A stretch of DNA of 64,000 nt, from positions 1 through 64,000 of the forward strand of contig JAAOMT010000309.1 in NCBI GenBank assembly GCA_016748015.1, in the 5' to 3' direction. Below are positions 10,102 through 24,130 of the stretch, in pieces. Source of the stretch: Geosiphon pyriformis uo1. Lineage: Eukaryota; Fungi; Glomeromycota. Under the pieces are notes generated by a model. It was given only the letters and a program-made list of their open reading frames with translations. It was not told the DNA's origin and did not search any database. Numbering within the stretch: the first letter of the stretch is position 1; each line of letters opens with the position of its first letter. A program made the position numbers and the translations under genes.

Positions 10102-13100
10102 ATTAATCTTTCAGCAGTAGAAAACAAATCAGCCACAGCAAAAACTCAGCTTATTAAAAAATTTTTTTCAACAATTAATAGTTTTGGGGGGGCCACTACC
10201 CCCTCAAAATTTGAAGGAATCATTCATTCAACATTTACTTCAGAAGCAAGCATAGAAGTGGCCACATCATTAGCCAGAGAAAAAGGGATCAATGTAAACA
10301 GTGATCTTAAGAGACAAGGAATGAAGTCAGATTGGGCTGTGGTGATTAAGAAAATTTCCATAAACACACCTAAAGATATGATTATTACTGCAGTATCCGA
10401 ATTTGGGAAAATTAAGTCGATCAAAATTCAACTAATTGGAATGTAACAAAAAATTATAGTGGAGTTTGCTGAATTAGGCCAAGCTAATTTGTTAGTCTCT
10501 AAGTGGTTATTCCTGATTGGTAAGAATTCTGTGTGCATAGCCAAAGCAGTGTAAGATCATAAGACTTGGATATTAAGAGATCAGTTCAGGGCACTTTTGT
10601 TTATTTTGCTGGTAGGAACAATAGCACATAATCTTGGGACTTTTCTGGAAAGGACTGGTGGGAAAACTTGCATTATAAACAGATCTCTGGAAACTGGTAA
10701 TAAAATTTGTTATGCTGTAGTTGGTTTTGAATTTGACGATAATATGGAATTTGTTTTTTGCATAGAGCCAATTTTTGGCAGAGTTAAACTCTCTTAGACA
10801 AAAATGAATATGGTTTGGTGTAAGAAATACAGGAAGTTTGGTCATTCTGCTTTGGAATGTGATGCACCTGTTGTGTCCCCATTTGAGCCTTCAAGAACAT
10901 TTAAAAAGATTGTATCTGATGGACATCATCTTCAGTTGACAAAGTTGTATGAAAAGAAAAGTGTTTCAATATCTTGCTCTACTGTCTTTGGTAGTAAATC
11001 TTGGGCCCAGGTGGTCTCACTTGCTGGTTTTTCTAGTGGTTTTCATTTCAGTTTTGGTTCCAGTTTTAGCCTCTCTCTTTCTGGTGCCTCAGATTCTAAC
11101 ATTGGCTTTTCTCTCACTTTAGCTAACAACTCTTTTTTAAATGCTCATCTGGCCATTTTGGAATGCTTATTGGAGCTCTTAACAGATCAGGTGTCTGGTA
11201 TATTAAAAAAGTTAAGTGGCATAGAACTGGTACCAATAGCAACTTCTTCTTGTGTTCCTCTTTCAGTCACTCCCACTTCTTTGGTGCTGCATTTGAATGT
11301 GAATATAGTTATGGATGATATGTCATTGATTTCTGCTCCTTCTCTCTCAGCTGTTGATGATGTGGTCCATAATTCTAGCTCAAGTTTTTTCAAGGTTCTG
11401 ACCTCCAAGATGGGTGGATTAGAATCAAAAATGGTCTCAATCAGTTTAGTTTTAGAAAAGTTGGATTGTCTGTGTTCTGGTGCAGATTTCTCAGCTCTCC
11501 TTCCATCTCAATAAGTAGTTTGGTGTGGAAAGTGGCTATGTGTAATGTCAAAAACATAAATAATCCTGCCAAACAGAAAGATATTGTTTGGTAGTATAAG
11601 AATATAGACAACATAATCTCTGTGGTTACTGAGACAAAGTTGAAAGACAAAGTTTGTCCTTAGATTATAAATAAATTTGATGGTGTTCAGGTGTTTACTT
11701 CTGGTTTAGAGTCTGGTTATTTGGGTGCAAACATTACCATAATTATGGATGCTTTTTTAGCAAAGCATGCATGTAAAGTTTTTGAGATGTCTGGTCAACT
11801 CATCTCTGTAAAATTGCTTTTTAAAAACAAACTTTCAGTGATGGTTTTGGGATTGTATACAGATGCTACCTTGGAAAAGAGACTGGTTTATTCTTACGTC
11901 ATTAATTCAATAGTGGTTGAGGCTTTAAATGGCAGTACATTTGTTGTTCTTGGTGGTGACTTTAACAAAAATGATTTTGGTCACAGTGTGAGTTTCAGGA
12001 AAGGTCTGGATTTGAGTTTGTTTAATTTTTTACATGGTTTTCTTTCACACAGACTTCCCACATAGTCCAATTCGAGGGGTGTTAAAAAGTGCATAGACTT
12101 TATATTAGTTAGTGATGGTCTTTACAGTTCTTCTTTTAACCAAAAAGTTTACCGTTTAGCTGAATTTTTTAATTCTGACCACTTGGTTGTGTCAATGGAC
12201 ATTGGTTTGGGGGGCCTTCTCAATTCTCAGCTTAATTCGATATGCAGACAGGCTGCAAAAAAAAAATGAAGATACAAAGTCAGTAATGTCAGTGATAAAA
12301 TTTGGAAAAGTTTGGAAATACATTGTTGGCTGCTGCTTCAAAGACTGCTGATGATTTTGAATACCACACCACTAAAAATGATATTAATAGAATATGAACA
12401 CTTCTCTGTCAGATGGTGTGCTTTACAGCGGGAGCTACTTTTGTGAAAACATAGTCCAGAAATAGCAGGTTGGTCAAGACTGCTGCATCTTCTAGATTTT
12501 ATAAGTTGGAACTTTTGGTGGCAAAAATTTTGAATGCATACAAATCAGAGAATTTGGAAAGATTTCAGGCTTTGGTTGATAAATGGCTCAACTTGAATTT
12601 TGACCAAGCTGTTGAGTTCAGAAGTTTCTTGGACAATAGTTATGACAGAGTGTTGGTTGAACAATCACTGGTGCATTTTAGGAAATTATATAGGTTTCAC
12701 AAGTTTTTAGACTTTAAAGTTACTGAGAACTCATGGATCCAGATGGCCATTGATAAGTGCATAAAAGCTTTTGTGAACAACAAAAGTCAAATGATCAGAA
12801 GTGTGTTAGAGAAGCCTTTCAAAAAAGTTACATTGGATCATTTGGTTGATGATAGAGATTTGGTTCTAGAGCCTGATTTGGTCAAGGGCAGGGTGGATTC
12901 AATTATGGAGAATTGAACCAGGAAATGCACAGTTAAACCTTCTGTGCCTTCCCATTGACAAGAACAATTTTCTCCTTTCAATTATGTTGATGATGGTGTG
13001 TTTTCTGGCATGATGAATCAAATTGATTTTGATGAGTTCTCATTGGTGGTCAAGGATTTTCTTGATGGCAAAGCTGCTGGTTTGTTTGGTATCTCTAATG

Positions 13101-16100
13101 AGATGTGGAAACACTATAATGAGTCTGTTCTGGTCCTTTTTTTGCATCTGCTCAACTTGTGCTTGGTGCATAAATCTATTCTAGATGCCTAGAGAGAAGC
13201 CTGGGTATCCATGATTCCGAAACCTTATGAGTAGGAAAAGGTCCTAACAAATACCAGACTTATTGCTTTCATTGAAACTTCTAGGAAAATTCTTTCAAAG
13301 ATTCTATCTGATCACATTTTAAGAGCCTGCAGCACACACAATGTTCTGCGTAGAGACAATTTTTCAGTGTTGAAAGACACTTCTACTCAATCTTCTATCT
13401 TTGTTGTAGATTTTGTTGTGGAAGATGCTTTGGAAAAAAACAGAAAACTCTGGTTGGTACTTCAAGACATGCGCAAAACTTATGATTCAGTAAGCTGATT
13501 GCATTTGAAAAGTAGTCTAGAGAGAATCAAAATGTGTGAAAAATTTGTCAGGTTTTTTGGTCATATTTATAATGGCCACACAAATAGAATTATAATGGAC
13601 TTTGGTTTGTCCAAGAATTACAAAGTCCACAATAATCTGGACCAAAAAGAGGTTTTTTTTCCTCTTTTGTGGAGAATTTTTTATGATCCTCTGTTTTGTG
13701 AAGTAAAGAAACATGAGTCATTTTTTGGGTATTAGATTGATTCCAAATTCATGGCCAGAACAGGCAAAATTGAGTTTAATGTTGGTTTGACTTCTTATTT
13801 GGCTGCTGGTGTTTTCATAGATAATACCATTTGGGTTGGCAATTATTGTACAGTGACACAAAAAATTTTGAACATTTCTAGTAAGTTCTTTGATTTAATA
13901 GATATATCAATTAACACAGAAAAGACAGTTGCCATTCCTATTAACCCAAGGACCAGCAATACCTCCTTGGAAGTAAGCAGATCTCCAATTTCAATCACAA
14001 AGGTTGGTGAAGCTCATCAGTATCTAGGTATTTTTCTGTCGACTAAAGATCTTTCTGGTCCGAGTTTAAAGAAGACAAATTCAGATATCAAGTTTTTTTC
14101 ATCCATAGTTTTGCACAAGGCTATCACAGACAAGCAGTTCTCTTATTTGGTATCAGCTGTTTTGCAGCCCATAGTAAAATATAGAACCCAATTTAGCTTC
14201 ATTAATAGAGGCACATATGAGAAATGGGACCATATAATTAGAAAGGGATTGAAGTCTAAAGCCAGTTTGCCTAAGAACTTTCCTAATGAGGCAGTACACT
14301 ATCTTTTTTTTTACTATTTGAAGCCCTTTGAACAAGTTCAGGCAGAAGCAAAAGTCTTATCGGTATTACAGTTTGCTAATGATGGTGGGTTAATAGGTCA
14401 ACTATTTGGGCATAGATCAATAGACTTGCAAGTTTTGGGCTGGGTTCCTTAGAATCTTCTTCAATTTCCTGTTAAGTTGATAGTCAATCTGATGAACAAT
14501 TTTCTGGCTGAAGTTACTACAATTTTTTTGTGTAATGGGATCTTTTTAGCTAATAGCTTGCCCAATGCTTTTTATTTCAAGCAAGATTTTTCCATTCTAG
14601 ATATTTTGGGCCAGACAATGTATCTCCGGATTTGCAGATCACTAAAGCATTTTGGGATCATTTTTACAGACCAGTTATTGAACAGTTATGGAGAGTATTT
14701 TAATTGGAAGGATTTTTGCCGTTGGAAATGATTGGATCCCAGAGGCCCAGTTCCCTTATGGTTTATATTGGTTTCAGATTTTGTCAAGAGTGGTGGTTTA
14801 GTTAAAGGTTTCTTCTTCTGCTTTTGAGTCCTCTTCCAAGTTGGATGTTTCTGATACAGACCACTTTGGTTTCATCTGTTTTAATTTAAAAGATTTTTTT
14901 TTGCTGGTGATCTCAGTTTATACTGATGGTTCTGTTAAAGGCTTTGGTATTTCTGATGCTGTCAGAGGGACTGCCGCCTATTTTTCTGATCTGGGTTTGC
15001 ACGTGGGTGTGGAAGTCTATGGTTTGCTATCATTCACTCTAGCTGAAATGCAGGCTGTTGCTCTGGCTCTTGAGTGCATTCCAGTCTCCTCAAATGTTAC
15101 AGTTTTTTTTGACAATCAGGTTTTCTTGGATACTTGTTAGGCCAAGTTGAGGTTGATAGCCCCAGATTTTTGCAACAGGTGCTGAATAGAACACCATCAT
15201 ATTAGCAATTTGGTCAAATATAAAAACATTTCTGTCATCTGGACAAAGGTGAAAAGTCACTCTGGTGTGTTGAACAATGAGCGTGCTGATAGGTTGGCTG
15301 ATTTAGCCACATTGTCAAAACTTGTTTTTTCAGCCAACATCAAAAAAAAATTTTTAATAACAGATGGTAAGGTGATTTCTGGCAATACACGCCACTTTGT
15401 CAGAACAACAAATAATACTGTTAGACGTTTTCAGTAAGAATTTAGACCTGGTTCAAGCATTGTAAATCCTTTGCAGGTCAAGGACATAAATTAGGTTTGT
15501 ACTGTCTTGGTCTGGCACCCTGATTCTCACATGCCTGCAGGATATACAAGTAGAACCACCACTGGTTTATGCACATATTTAATGAAAGCTTTACACAGGA
15601 AGCTGTCTGTAGCTGTTAGAAAGCGCTTATATGATCGAAGTTATCTTAGTGTATTATGCATACATTGTAGGGAGGTGGATTTTTCAGATCATAGTTTTGT
15701 TTGTCACTTGGATTTTTTGATGCATCAGAGCTTGATAAGTAAGCATTTCTCTCTTTGGAAATCTCTTACCAGGACAAACTTGTCATCATCTGTAGTTCTG
15801 CAGTCTCTGGCTTCTTCTGTATCTGATGTTGGTCTTTACACTGTTTTGTGCAAGAGTCTTGTGTTTGAAGATTGGCTGGCAGATGCTAAAGCATCTTTTG
15901 TGGATACTAAGCTTGCAATGTCTAATCTAGTCAAGTTTGTTTGGAGTTTGGTTGTTGGCCATAGGGAGTGAATTTGGGTGCTTAATTCAAAACTTCAAGC
16001 TGAGATAGAGCATCATGGGTTTTTATATAATATCATTTGGGGTATTTTTACTAAGGTTTCAAGTGGTATTGCTTGCTTACTAGGAATTGAGAGGAGTCAC

Positions 16101-16313
16101 GTGACCAACTTTGGTCTAAGTACTGGCCATTTGTTTTTTGCTGATGCTATCAGTGAAGTTACAGTAAATATAGTTGCATAGTGTAGTCTTGATTGGCCAA
16201 GTGGCTAGTCACATATAGCAAAAGCATGAATCACATTTAATTTAGAACTTTAAATAGTTGTATTATATTAGATAATGATTGGGCTTCACTTGTTAAACTA
16301 ATAAAAAAAAAAA
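10102..16313 (+). mobile_element. LINE subfamily 2, copy a (5' end lost in gap); ORF1 to 11514, ORF2 11511-16181
   Basis: Same domain order as the 3213-10012 element (GGDFN, FIDN for FVDD, VYTDGSV, CIHC...DHSFVC). Many stops. 3'UTR and poly(A) at 16303-16313. Confidence 0.93.
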
Positions 16314-16587
16314 TTTAAAAAATTATTATGTTGTCAAACTTTGTAAATTCTAATTTGCTTTGAATTATTATATTAAGTTTCCTGTTTTTATATATATATA
16401 AATAATTTTATTGTTAATAAAAATTATATTTTTTAAATATTCTAAAACACTTTTTTGGAAAAATTGTTTATATTATTTAATTATTAATAATATTTTAAGT
16501 TTAAATCCAATTATTGTTAAGTTTTAAGTAGATATAATTATAGAAAAAAAATTTTTTTTATTTGTATNNNNNNNNNNNNNNNNNNNN

Positions 16588-17316
16588 CACAAGGCTATCA
16601 CAGACAAGCAGTTCTCTTATTTGGTATCAGCTGTTTTGCAGCCCATAGTAGAATATAGAACCCAATTTAGCTTCATTAATAGAAGCACATATGAGAAATG
16701 GGATCATATAATTAGAAAGGAGTTGAAGTCTAAAGCCAGTTTGCCTAAGAACTTTCCTAAGGAGGCAGTATATTATCTTTTTTTTTACTATTTGAAGCCC
16801 TTTGAACAAGTTCAGACAGAAACAAAAGTCTTATCAGTATTACAATTTGCTAATGATGGTGGGTTAATAGGTCAACTATTTGGGCATAGATTAATAGACT
16901 TGCAAGTTTTGGGCTGGGTTCCTTAGAATCTTCTTCAATTTCCTGTTAAGTTGATAGTCAATCTGATGAACAATTTTCTGGCTGAAGTTACTACAATTTT
17001 TTTGCGTAATGGGATCTCTTTAGCTAATAGCTTGCCCAATGCTTTTTATTTCAAGCGAGATTTTTCCATTCTAGATATTTTGGGCCAGACAATATATCTC
17101 CGGATTTGTAGATCACTAAAGCATTTTGAGATCATTTTTACAGACCAGTTATTGAACAGTTATGGAGAGTATTTTAATTGGAAAGATTTTTGCCATTGGA
17201 AATAATTAGATCCCAGAGGCCCAGTTCCCTTATGGTTTATACTGGTTTCAGATTTTGTCAAGAGTAGTAGTTTAGTTAAAGGTTTCTCTTCTGCTTTTGA
17301 GTTTTCTTCCAAGTTG
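16588..17316 (+). mobile_element. LINE subfamily 2 ORF2 fragment (copy b), bounded by gaps
   Basis: Near-identical to ~14114-14843, differing mainly by transitions. Confidence 0.92.
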
Positions 17317-17336
17317 NNNNNNNNNNNNNNNNNNNN

Positions 17337-17405
17337 TCTAAATTAAATATAATTTATATACTTGCTATATGTGACCAATTATTCAGCCAATTAAAACTAT
17401 ACTAT
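17337..17405 (-). mobile_element. 3'UTR of an old minus-strand LINE, target of the Gypsy-A insertion
   Basis: The reverse complement matches the LINE 3'UTR (tagtgtagtcttgattggc...gtcacatatagcaa). The uninterrupted version is at ~57258-57330. Confidence 0.8.
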
Positions 17406-18067
17406 TGTTATGAATTGAAGTAACAAGCTAATAGATAGCAAGAAAGAACAGAATTGTAGGGTGATGAAAATAATCAAAGAGAATTCAACTTTAAAGAGTA
17501 AATTGAATGAGTATGAATTCAATATGCAAGATTAGTTTTATAAAATATCTCAGTCACTATTTTTTTCAAAAAGTAACTGGGAAATCCGAAGATAGAAAGA
17601 TAGTTTGTACTATTAACAAATAATCACACTTGGTATAATTTTATGTCTTATATCAACACTCCTAAAATTCAATATTAAGTATTAGATGTGTTTTTTAGTC
17701 ATATTTTATTCAATAATCTTCAAATGCTATACTTATAAATTTTAGGAAAAGGTAAAAAAATACCAACAAGTGATTTTTTATTCCAAAATGTTTAAATACT
17801 TAAAGGTAGAAAAAAAAAAATTAGCAATAAGAAAATAATTAAGATGAAAGTTGTTATTTTATATATTCTTAATTATTTTAAACATGTTTTTTTACAGCTA
17901 AAAGATTCATTATTTATATAGCTATCAAAAGTAATCAATGATTAGGTCAATGACTAGGTCAATGATCAAGTCAATAATCACTATCTAAAAATAAAGTGGC
18001 TAATTATATGATATCAGTGGCTAATACATGTAATAATTAATAAGAAGTATAGATTTTAACCATAACA
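17406..18067 (-). repeat. Gypsy-A 3' LTR (662 bp)
   Basis: TGTTATG...CATAACA termini. The adjacent PPT (minus strand ggagagaatga) is at 18068-18078. Homologous to 23796-24130 + 49444-49786 and to 53011-53681. Confidence 0.92.
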
Positions 18068-18700
18068 TCATTCTCTCCAAAGAAATTAAGCTCTAGTGAA
18101 ATCAGACTATTTATGAGGTAATCTATTTGAAGGGTTTTGTCTAATTTAAAGCTAACCAGTTTATTAAAGTCTTTGGTGGATAAGATGTATAATATTTAAG
18201 GCAAAATAAGTTTTGTATTCAAAAGACCAAATTTTTGTATTAGAGTTTTGGCTCTTTTAGCAATAGTTAAAACTCTTGAAACATCTAATCATATATTGCA
18301 CAAAATTTCTGCCTGTATTTTTGAAGTTGTTTTCTTCATTAGTTTTATGTTCTCTATAATTTTACTAAGATAACCATAGAATTCTAATTGCCTTTTATAT
18401 GACAAGTTTTTGTCTATAGATAAAATTTCTTGGAGTGTTTTTCCAATTGTACTAGAAGGTAGAAATATAGTTGCTATTATACTTTTCAACAAATATTTAT
18501 TCATTTTGCTACCAATTTTTTCTCTTTTGGTAATGGTTTTCTTGGATCTAATAACAGTATGTATTCTATTATTATCAGTTATGGTGGTTTGTTTTCCAAT
18601 AGTCAAAATAGCATTTGGATAGTTTTTGATTCAATACTCATGGAGAATATAAAAGACATCTTGAATGTTTTGATCCAAAAAATAATTGTTTATGTCAATT
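18068..18700 (-). pseudogene. Gypsy-A post-integrase accessory ORF, unknown function
   Basis: ORF 18289-18606 continues in frame past stops (...LEFYGYLSKII...IAKRAKTLIQKFG...ILYILSTKDFNKL...LELNFFGEND) to the PPT. Confidence 0.55.
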
Positions 18701-21700
18701 GAAAATATCTCTGTTTTGGGAATGATGTATTTATTTATACTTGGTTTTTGCTGATCATTTGGGTTAGTATTATTACAACAGGCAACCAATCAAGTTATTT
18801 ATGATATTTTTTGAATCATGTACTATAAACAAGATGATCATTAAAGATTGTTCCAGATTGATCTTGAAGAATATAAAAACTATTATTCAAAACTTTGTTG
18901 ACTATAAAAGATTCTTTTATTGGTTAGAGAATTTATCACCATAGACATTGTTTCTGTCTGAACAGTATTCTAATACCAAGTCACCAATACTTAAAGAAAA
19001 TGATTTATAGGTTTTTTTTTTCTTAAGCTTTTTTTGGAACTGTTTTATTTTTTCAAAAGTAATTATTTGTGCTTTTACCAAAAAGTTAAAAATGGTACTA
19101 AATTTTTTTCGCAAAATGTCTTTGTAATTTCCTATTGTGATTTTTTCAAAGGGTATTGTTTCAATATCAGTTTTTATTAGTAGTGTTGCCATGTATCCAT
19201 AAAGCAGATAAAAAGGTTCATAACTTGTTATGTCATAATTCACAGTTCTATAAGCAAACAAAGCTGAAGGCAGTACTTTGTTCCATAGGTTTGTTTCTTT
19301 ACTGGTTTTGGCTAGAGTTTCACATAGTGTNNNNNNNNNNNNNNNNNNNNACAGAGTAGTTATCCAAGTCTATTATCATGTTTGTTTATGAAGAGGTTAC
19401 TAATAATTAAGTTGGTTTGGTTTGAGAGGTTTTATTATTACTAAATGGTAAGTCTAGAGAAAGCACTGGTGTTTTGATAATTTGCTTCTTTGCAGTATTG
19501 AATATTATAGTCAAATTCATTTAAGTTGAGTATTCAGTAAGTTATTTATTTGTGTTCCAGCTTCTTTTTATTGCACAGCCAAACCAAAACTTGATGATCT
19601 GTTATCACTAAGAATTTTACACCAAAAAAATATTGATCCCAGTAACTAGTAGTCTAAACTACTGCTAAACATTCTTGTTTAGTAACTGAATAGTTCTTTT
19701 CTGCTGGTGTGAGAGATCTACTGGCATATATTATGGCATGTTCTCTGCCATTTTCATCTTTTTGTGAAAAAACAGCACCAAGTCTATAATCAGATGTATT
19801 AGTGTAGAGGATAAAAAGTTGGTTCAGATCAAGTTGCTTAAGAATTGGTTCAGTAACAAGTTTTTCCTTCAGAATTTCAAAAGCTTTGTTGATAAGTGCT
19901 CCAGTAATAATTGACATTTTTTTTGAGTAGTTAATTAAGAGGAAAGGCGATTTTGAAGAAATTCTTGATAAATTTGTAATAGTAGGAACCCAAACCAAGG
20001 AAAAAGCATAGTTCAGGAACATTCATTGGTTGTTTAATGTTTTGAACTTTTTTAACCTTAACTGGATCAAGAAAGATTCCATCTTTTATAATAAAATAAC
20101 CAAAAAACTAAGTGGATTGACATTCAAAGAAAAATTTGATTGGATTAATCTTAAAGCCAGCATTTCTAAACAGGTCAAAAACCTTTTGCAAGTGTTCAAG
20201 GTATTCATCTCAGGTTTTTGAGTAGACTATTATGTCATCTAAGTAGACCAGAACAAAGTTTTCTTTTATTGATTCAAATACTTTGTCCATTAAGTGTTAA
20301 AAAATAGAAAAGACATTGGTAAAACCAAAAAACATGACTGTGAATTCATAGGTACCATACTTGGTAATAAAAGCAGTTTTCTTTCTGCTTTCTGGAATCC
20401 ATCTTTACTTGCCAGAATCCAGCAGTTAAGTTAATGGTTGAAAAAAAAGCAGCACCATTGAATTTATTTAGCATTGCATCAATTTTGGGGAGTGAGTATA
20501 TGTTTCTTATAGTGATGGCATTTAATTGGTAATAGTTAATACAGAAGCATAGAATTCCATTATTTTTGGATACCACTACAATAAAAAAAGCTTATTCATT
20601 TTTGGTTTTTTGTATAAATCCAAGATCTTTCATCTGGTTTATCTCTTTCTTGATAAACTTATTATTGTATTAATTAGATTGATAAGGCTTCAAATAGATA
20701 GGACAAGTTTTTTTTGTGGTAATAGTGTATTGTATTACATGAGTTTATCCAAGGATATCATTTTCTTTTGAGATAACTGGGCTATTCCTAGCCAACAGAT
20801 TTTCAATATCCACTTTTCTTTCTTTAAGAGAAGGTTCTTTTTATTCTATAACTAGTAATTGGATTTCAGATGGTTTACTTTCAAAAAACTTCTGTACTTC
20901 TTTTAGTTTTTTTCTGAATATCAAACTAATTGGCTCCCAATCTTTGTAATAGATTAGACAAGACTTGTATTTATTACTAGGAGAATACAAAGGTTTATTA
21001 CACCAGTATCTGGCACAAGGACCATGCCACCAATAACTATATTTTGCTTTCTTGTCAGGTTTTTTATCAAAAGTTTTTCTGAGGATATCATAGTAGGGCC
21101 AGCAGATTAGCTTGCCATTTACCATAATTTCTTTTTTATCTGCTTTGACATTATCTAATGGCTTGCTATTGCTGGTAAAGATGATGTAGGCAAGTTCAGT
21201 AGTTTCTTCTTGTTTATCTTTTTTTTCACTTTTTTTATTATCTGATTCGTCTGATTGCTTTTTTTCTTGGCTTTGTTTAAGTACTAGAAGAGTTGTCCAA
21301 TAGTGACATTTAACCATGATGGGTTTTTTACCACATTTGATGGTTAGTTTACAGAGTTCATAATTAAGCAAGACTTTTGCTTTCTTGAGTTATTCATTGC
21401 CAACTATTATGGTGTATTTTTTTGCTTCAGATATTTCTATGTCAGTTTTAATGCTAATGTCATTAATTTGAACAGAAACAGCTTTGGCTATGTCCAGACC
21501 TTTCTTCTTGTTACAATGTATATTGGTCATTAGTCTTGTGAATAGTTCATCAATCTTTCTGCCAATTGCTTCTAAGAAGTGTTTGACAATGACACTAACA
21601 AATAATCTATTGTCTAGAATCAGATTAATAAAGTAGCCAGCCATTTGGGCTTTATAAATAAAAAGAGTAACATTGCTGTTGTCAACAAGTCTGGCTTGAC

Positions 21701-22474
21701 GTGAGTGCTTGTTGGTCTTTGGTGTCTTTTTCTTGTGAATTAAAAATTTGTGAAGGTCTTTTCTAAATTGGAGATGAGTCATTAACTGGCCAAAAGTAAT
21801 ATAAACAGATATTTTTATAAGATCTTTGACAACAAAATAAGGACCAGATTTTTGTACTATTTCTGAAGGTTTCAACTTTGGAGAATTCTTGAAAACTTTA
21901 TCCTTTAGTGGCTTATTGTTATTAGCAGTTGATATAAAGGCTTTTTTTGGATCTATAATAAAATCAATCTTGGCTTTCTTCTTCTTTTTTGTTGATTTAA
22001 AAGTGTTGATTATTAGTTCATCTATGTCATGGTCATCATCAGTTAGGTTAAAAGCATAAAAAGAGTTTTTTTTTGATTGACTTGTACTTTTACTCTTTGA
22101 AGGTGTGTTTACTAGTTTAAAGACTGATAAACAGTGGCTTCAACTAAGGGAATTTTTCCAAAGAAATTGATGTTGGCATAATTAGGTCTTTGGTTAAAGA
22201 CATTGTTGTTAATGGTTCTGTTGTTTTAATTGTCATTGTTTTTGGGAGCTAGAAAAGGCAGAGGAGGATTGTTGCAATCTCTTGAGAAATGTTCAGTTAA
22301 TCTACAATGGTAGCACACAGGTGGGCCATAATTTTGCTGTCTTTGGTAAGAGAGCTGTTGAGGCTAATTGAAATGTGATTCAAATCTAGATTTTTGTGGT
22401 TGCTGGTTGTTTCTGACTGCTTGGACTAATGGTTCTAATAACCAAACAAAATTTGCTGTAAGTCTATCTATCAA
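18068..22474 (-). mobile_element. pol: Gypsy-A internal region: gag end, protease, Cys/His insert, RT, RNase H, integrase end, 3' ORF
   Basis: Protease LILDNR (from DSG) in 21390-21875. RT FCINYYQLN...AGFWQV and YLDD (~20235). RNase H LYTNTSDYRLGAV...YASR...KNYSVTKQECLAVV. Integrase FAYRT...PFYLLYG in 18917-19261. Confidence 0.92.
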
Positions 22475-22494
22475 NNNNNNNNNNNNNNNNNNNN

Positions 22495-23345
22495 GATTTT
22501 TTCTATGGTTGCTTCTTTGTAGAAATGTCTTGCTGTTAGATCCAAGTGCATGTTAAATAATATTGTCTCTTTCTTTGATTCTGTAATTACTCTCGTTAGT
22601 TGATCTGGATTTCTTTTGTTCTTTTGGTAAAGTATATTTTGATGGTTGATAAAATATTTTGATTGCTGTTTTATGTTGTTTTGTTTTTTTTGAGATAATT
22701 TCTTTTTGAACAATTGAGTATTTATATAATGTTGAAGTTGTTGGTATTTTTGTATATTTATGTTTTATTATATTTTTGTGTTGGAATGTTTTTAGATTTG
22801 TCTCATTTGTGACAATCTGTTGGCATTTCCGTTTTCTGTTCTTTTTTTATAATGGACTATATAATTAAATGGTGAAAGTTCTATTTTCTATCTGGTATGG
22901 TGATTGTCTGCAAATTTTTGTTTCTGAATTGAAGTCAATTCTTTGTGATTAGTATACACATTAAATTTTTAACTTAAATATTCTTTCTATTTGGTAACAG
23001 TCTAATAGATAGCTAAGTGTTCCAATGCTAGAGTTTTATAGTTTTTTTCAGCTGGACTTAAGCTTCTACTGGTGTAAACTACTAGATGTTCTCATTCATC
23101 CAATTTTTTTTGAGATAATACTGCTTTCAATGCTTAACCAGATGCATCAGTTGTAATTATGAATGGCTTGCTATGATTTGGATAGATTAGTACTGAAGCT
23201 TAGATAAGCTTTTTTCTTAATATATTAAAAGCTTCTTGCTAAGTTTCAATTCACTTGTATTTGGTGTTCTTTGTTTGGAGTTGGTGTAGTGATTGAGCTA
23301 TTTTGGAAAAGTTTTTGATAAAGTGGCAGTAGTATCCAGCAAATT
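22495..23345 (-). mobile_element. pol: Gypsy-B RT connection/RNase H and integrase N-terminus fragment
   Basis: FAGYYCHFIKNFSKIAQSL and PFIITTDASG. Duplicates 27533-27997 and overlaps 46122-46209. Confidence 0.88.
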
Positions 23346-23365
23346 NNNNNNNNNNNNNNNNNNNN

Positions 23366-23707
23366 AAATCGAAGTTAATTTCTTTATTAAATTCTAAGTT
23401 ACTATAGTGGTTCAATACTGTGTTATTAATTTGTTGTTGTAATTCTTGAAATTGCGAGTTGGTAAGTCGTCCAATACTGTTAGTTGTTATTATGTTCATG
23501 GTTGGGTCCAACAATAATTTGTGACAGTTTTCAAATGCTTTGAAAATTCTGTAAACTGTTTTTGAATGGAATGTAGTGTTGGTTTTTCCAATGAAAGGTT
23601 CTAATAGTTGGATAGTTGTTTTGTCAAATACTCTAGTTGAGTCTTTTGAGTATAATGTTTGTATGTTCAAGTGCTTTCCTAGTTGATAATAACAGTAATT
23701 AATTGGG
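23366..23707 (-). CDS. Post-integrase accessory ORF fragment of a less-mutated Gypsy (open across this contig)
   Basis: PINYCYYQLGKHLNIQTLYSKDSTRVFDKTTIQLLEPFIGKTN...IGRLTNSQFQELQQQIN aligns by eye with the 3' ORF of Gypsy-B (24990-25534). Confidence 0.6.
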
Positions 23708-23772
23708 NNNNNNNNNNNNNNNNNNNNATGAATAATCACTCATACAATAAGAAACAAAGTGAATTTTGACAA

Positions 23773-23789
23773 CCTTACAAAGAGCACTA
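23773..23789 (-). promoter_or_regulatory. Gypsy-A primer-binding site (probably elongator tRNA-Met)
   Basis: Minus strand tagtgctctttgtaagg, 6 nt after the LTR end. The second copy at 53688-53704 is tggtgctttttgtaaag; the consensus begins TGGTGCTC. Confidence 0.6.
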
Positions 23790-23795
23790 CTTTTA

Positions 23796-24130
23796 TGTTA
23801 TGGATTGGAGTAACAAGCTAATGAATAGCAAGAGAAAACAGAATTGTAGAGTAATAGAAATAATCAAAGGAAATTTAACTTCAAAGAGTAAATTGAATAA
23901 GTATGAATTTAATGTGTGAGATTAGTCTCATGAAATATCTTAGTCACTATTCTTTTCAAAAGGTAACTGGGAAATCTAAAGGTAGAGAGATAGTCCATAT
24001 TGTTAACAAATAATCACACTTGGTATAATTCTATGTCTTATATTAGCACTCTTAGAATTCAATATCAAGTATTAGATGTGCTCTTTAGTTACGTTTTATT
24101 CAATAATCTTCAAATGCTATACTTATATAT
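23796..24130 (-). repeat. Gypsy-A 5' LTR, PBS-proximal part (interrupted by LTR-B)
   Basis: Aligns to 17406-17740 and stops at acttatatat, where LTR-B starts. Confidence 0.9.

Noticed and set aside
18068-18700. env gene or chromodomain after integrase
   Set aside because: No signal peptide, TM segment, furin site or chromodomain aromatic pattern is visible. Kept as an unknown accessory ORF.
23251-23739. 162-aa ORF as a single gene
   Set aside because: It spans two N-gaps and fuses three unrelated contigs. The same applies to other X-containing ORFs such as 25329-25670, 55232-55714 and 56227-56511.
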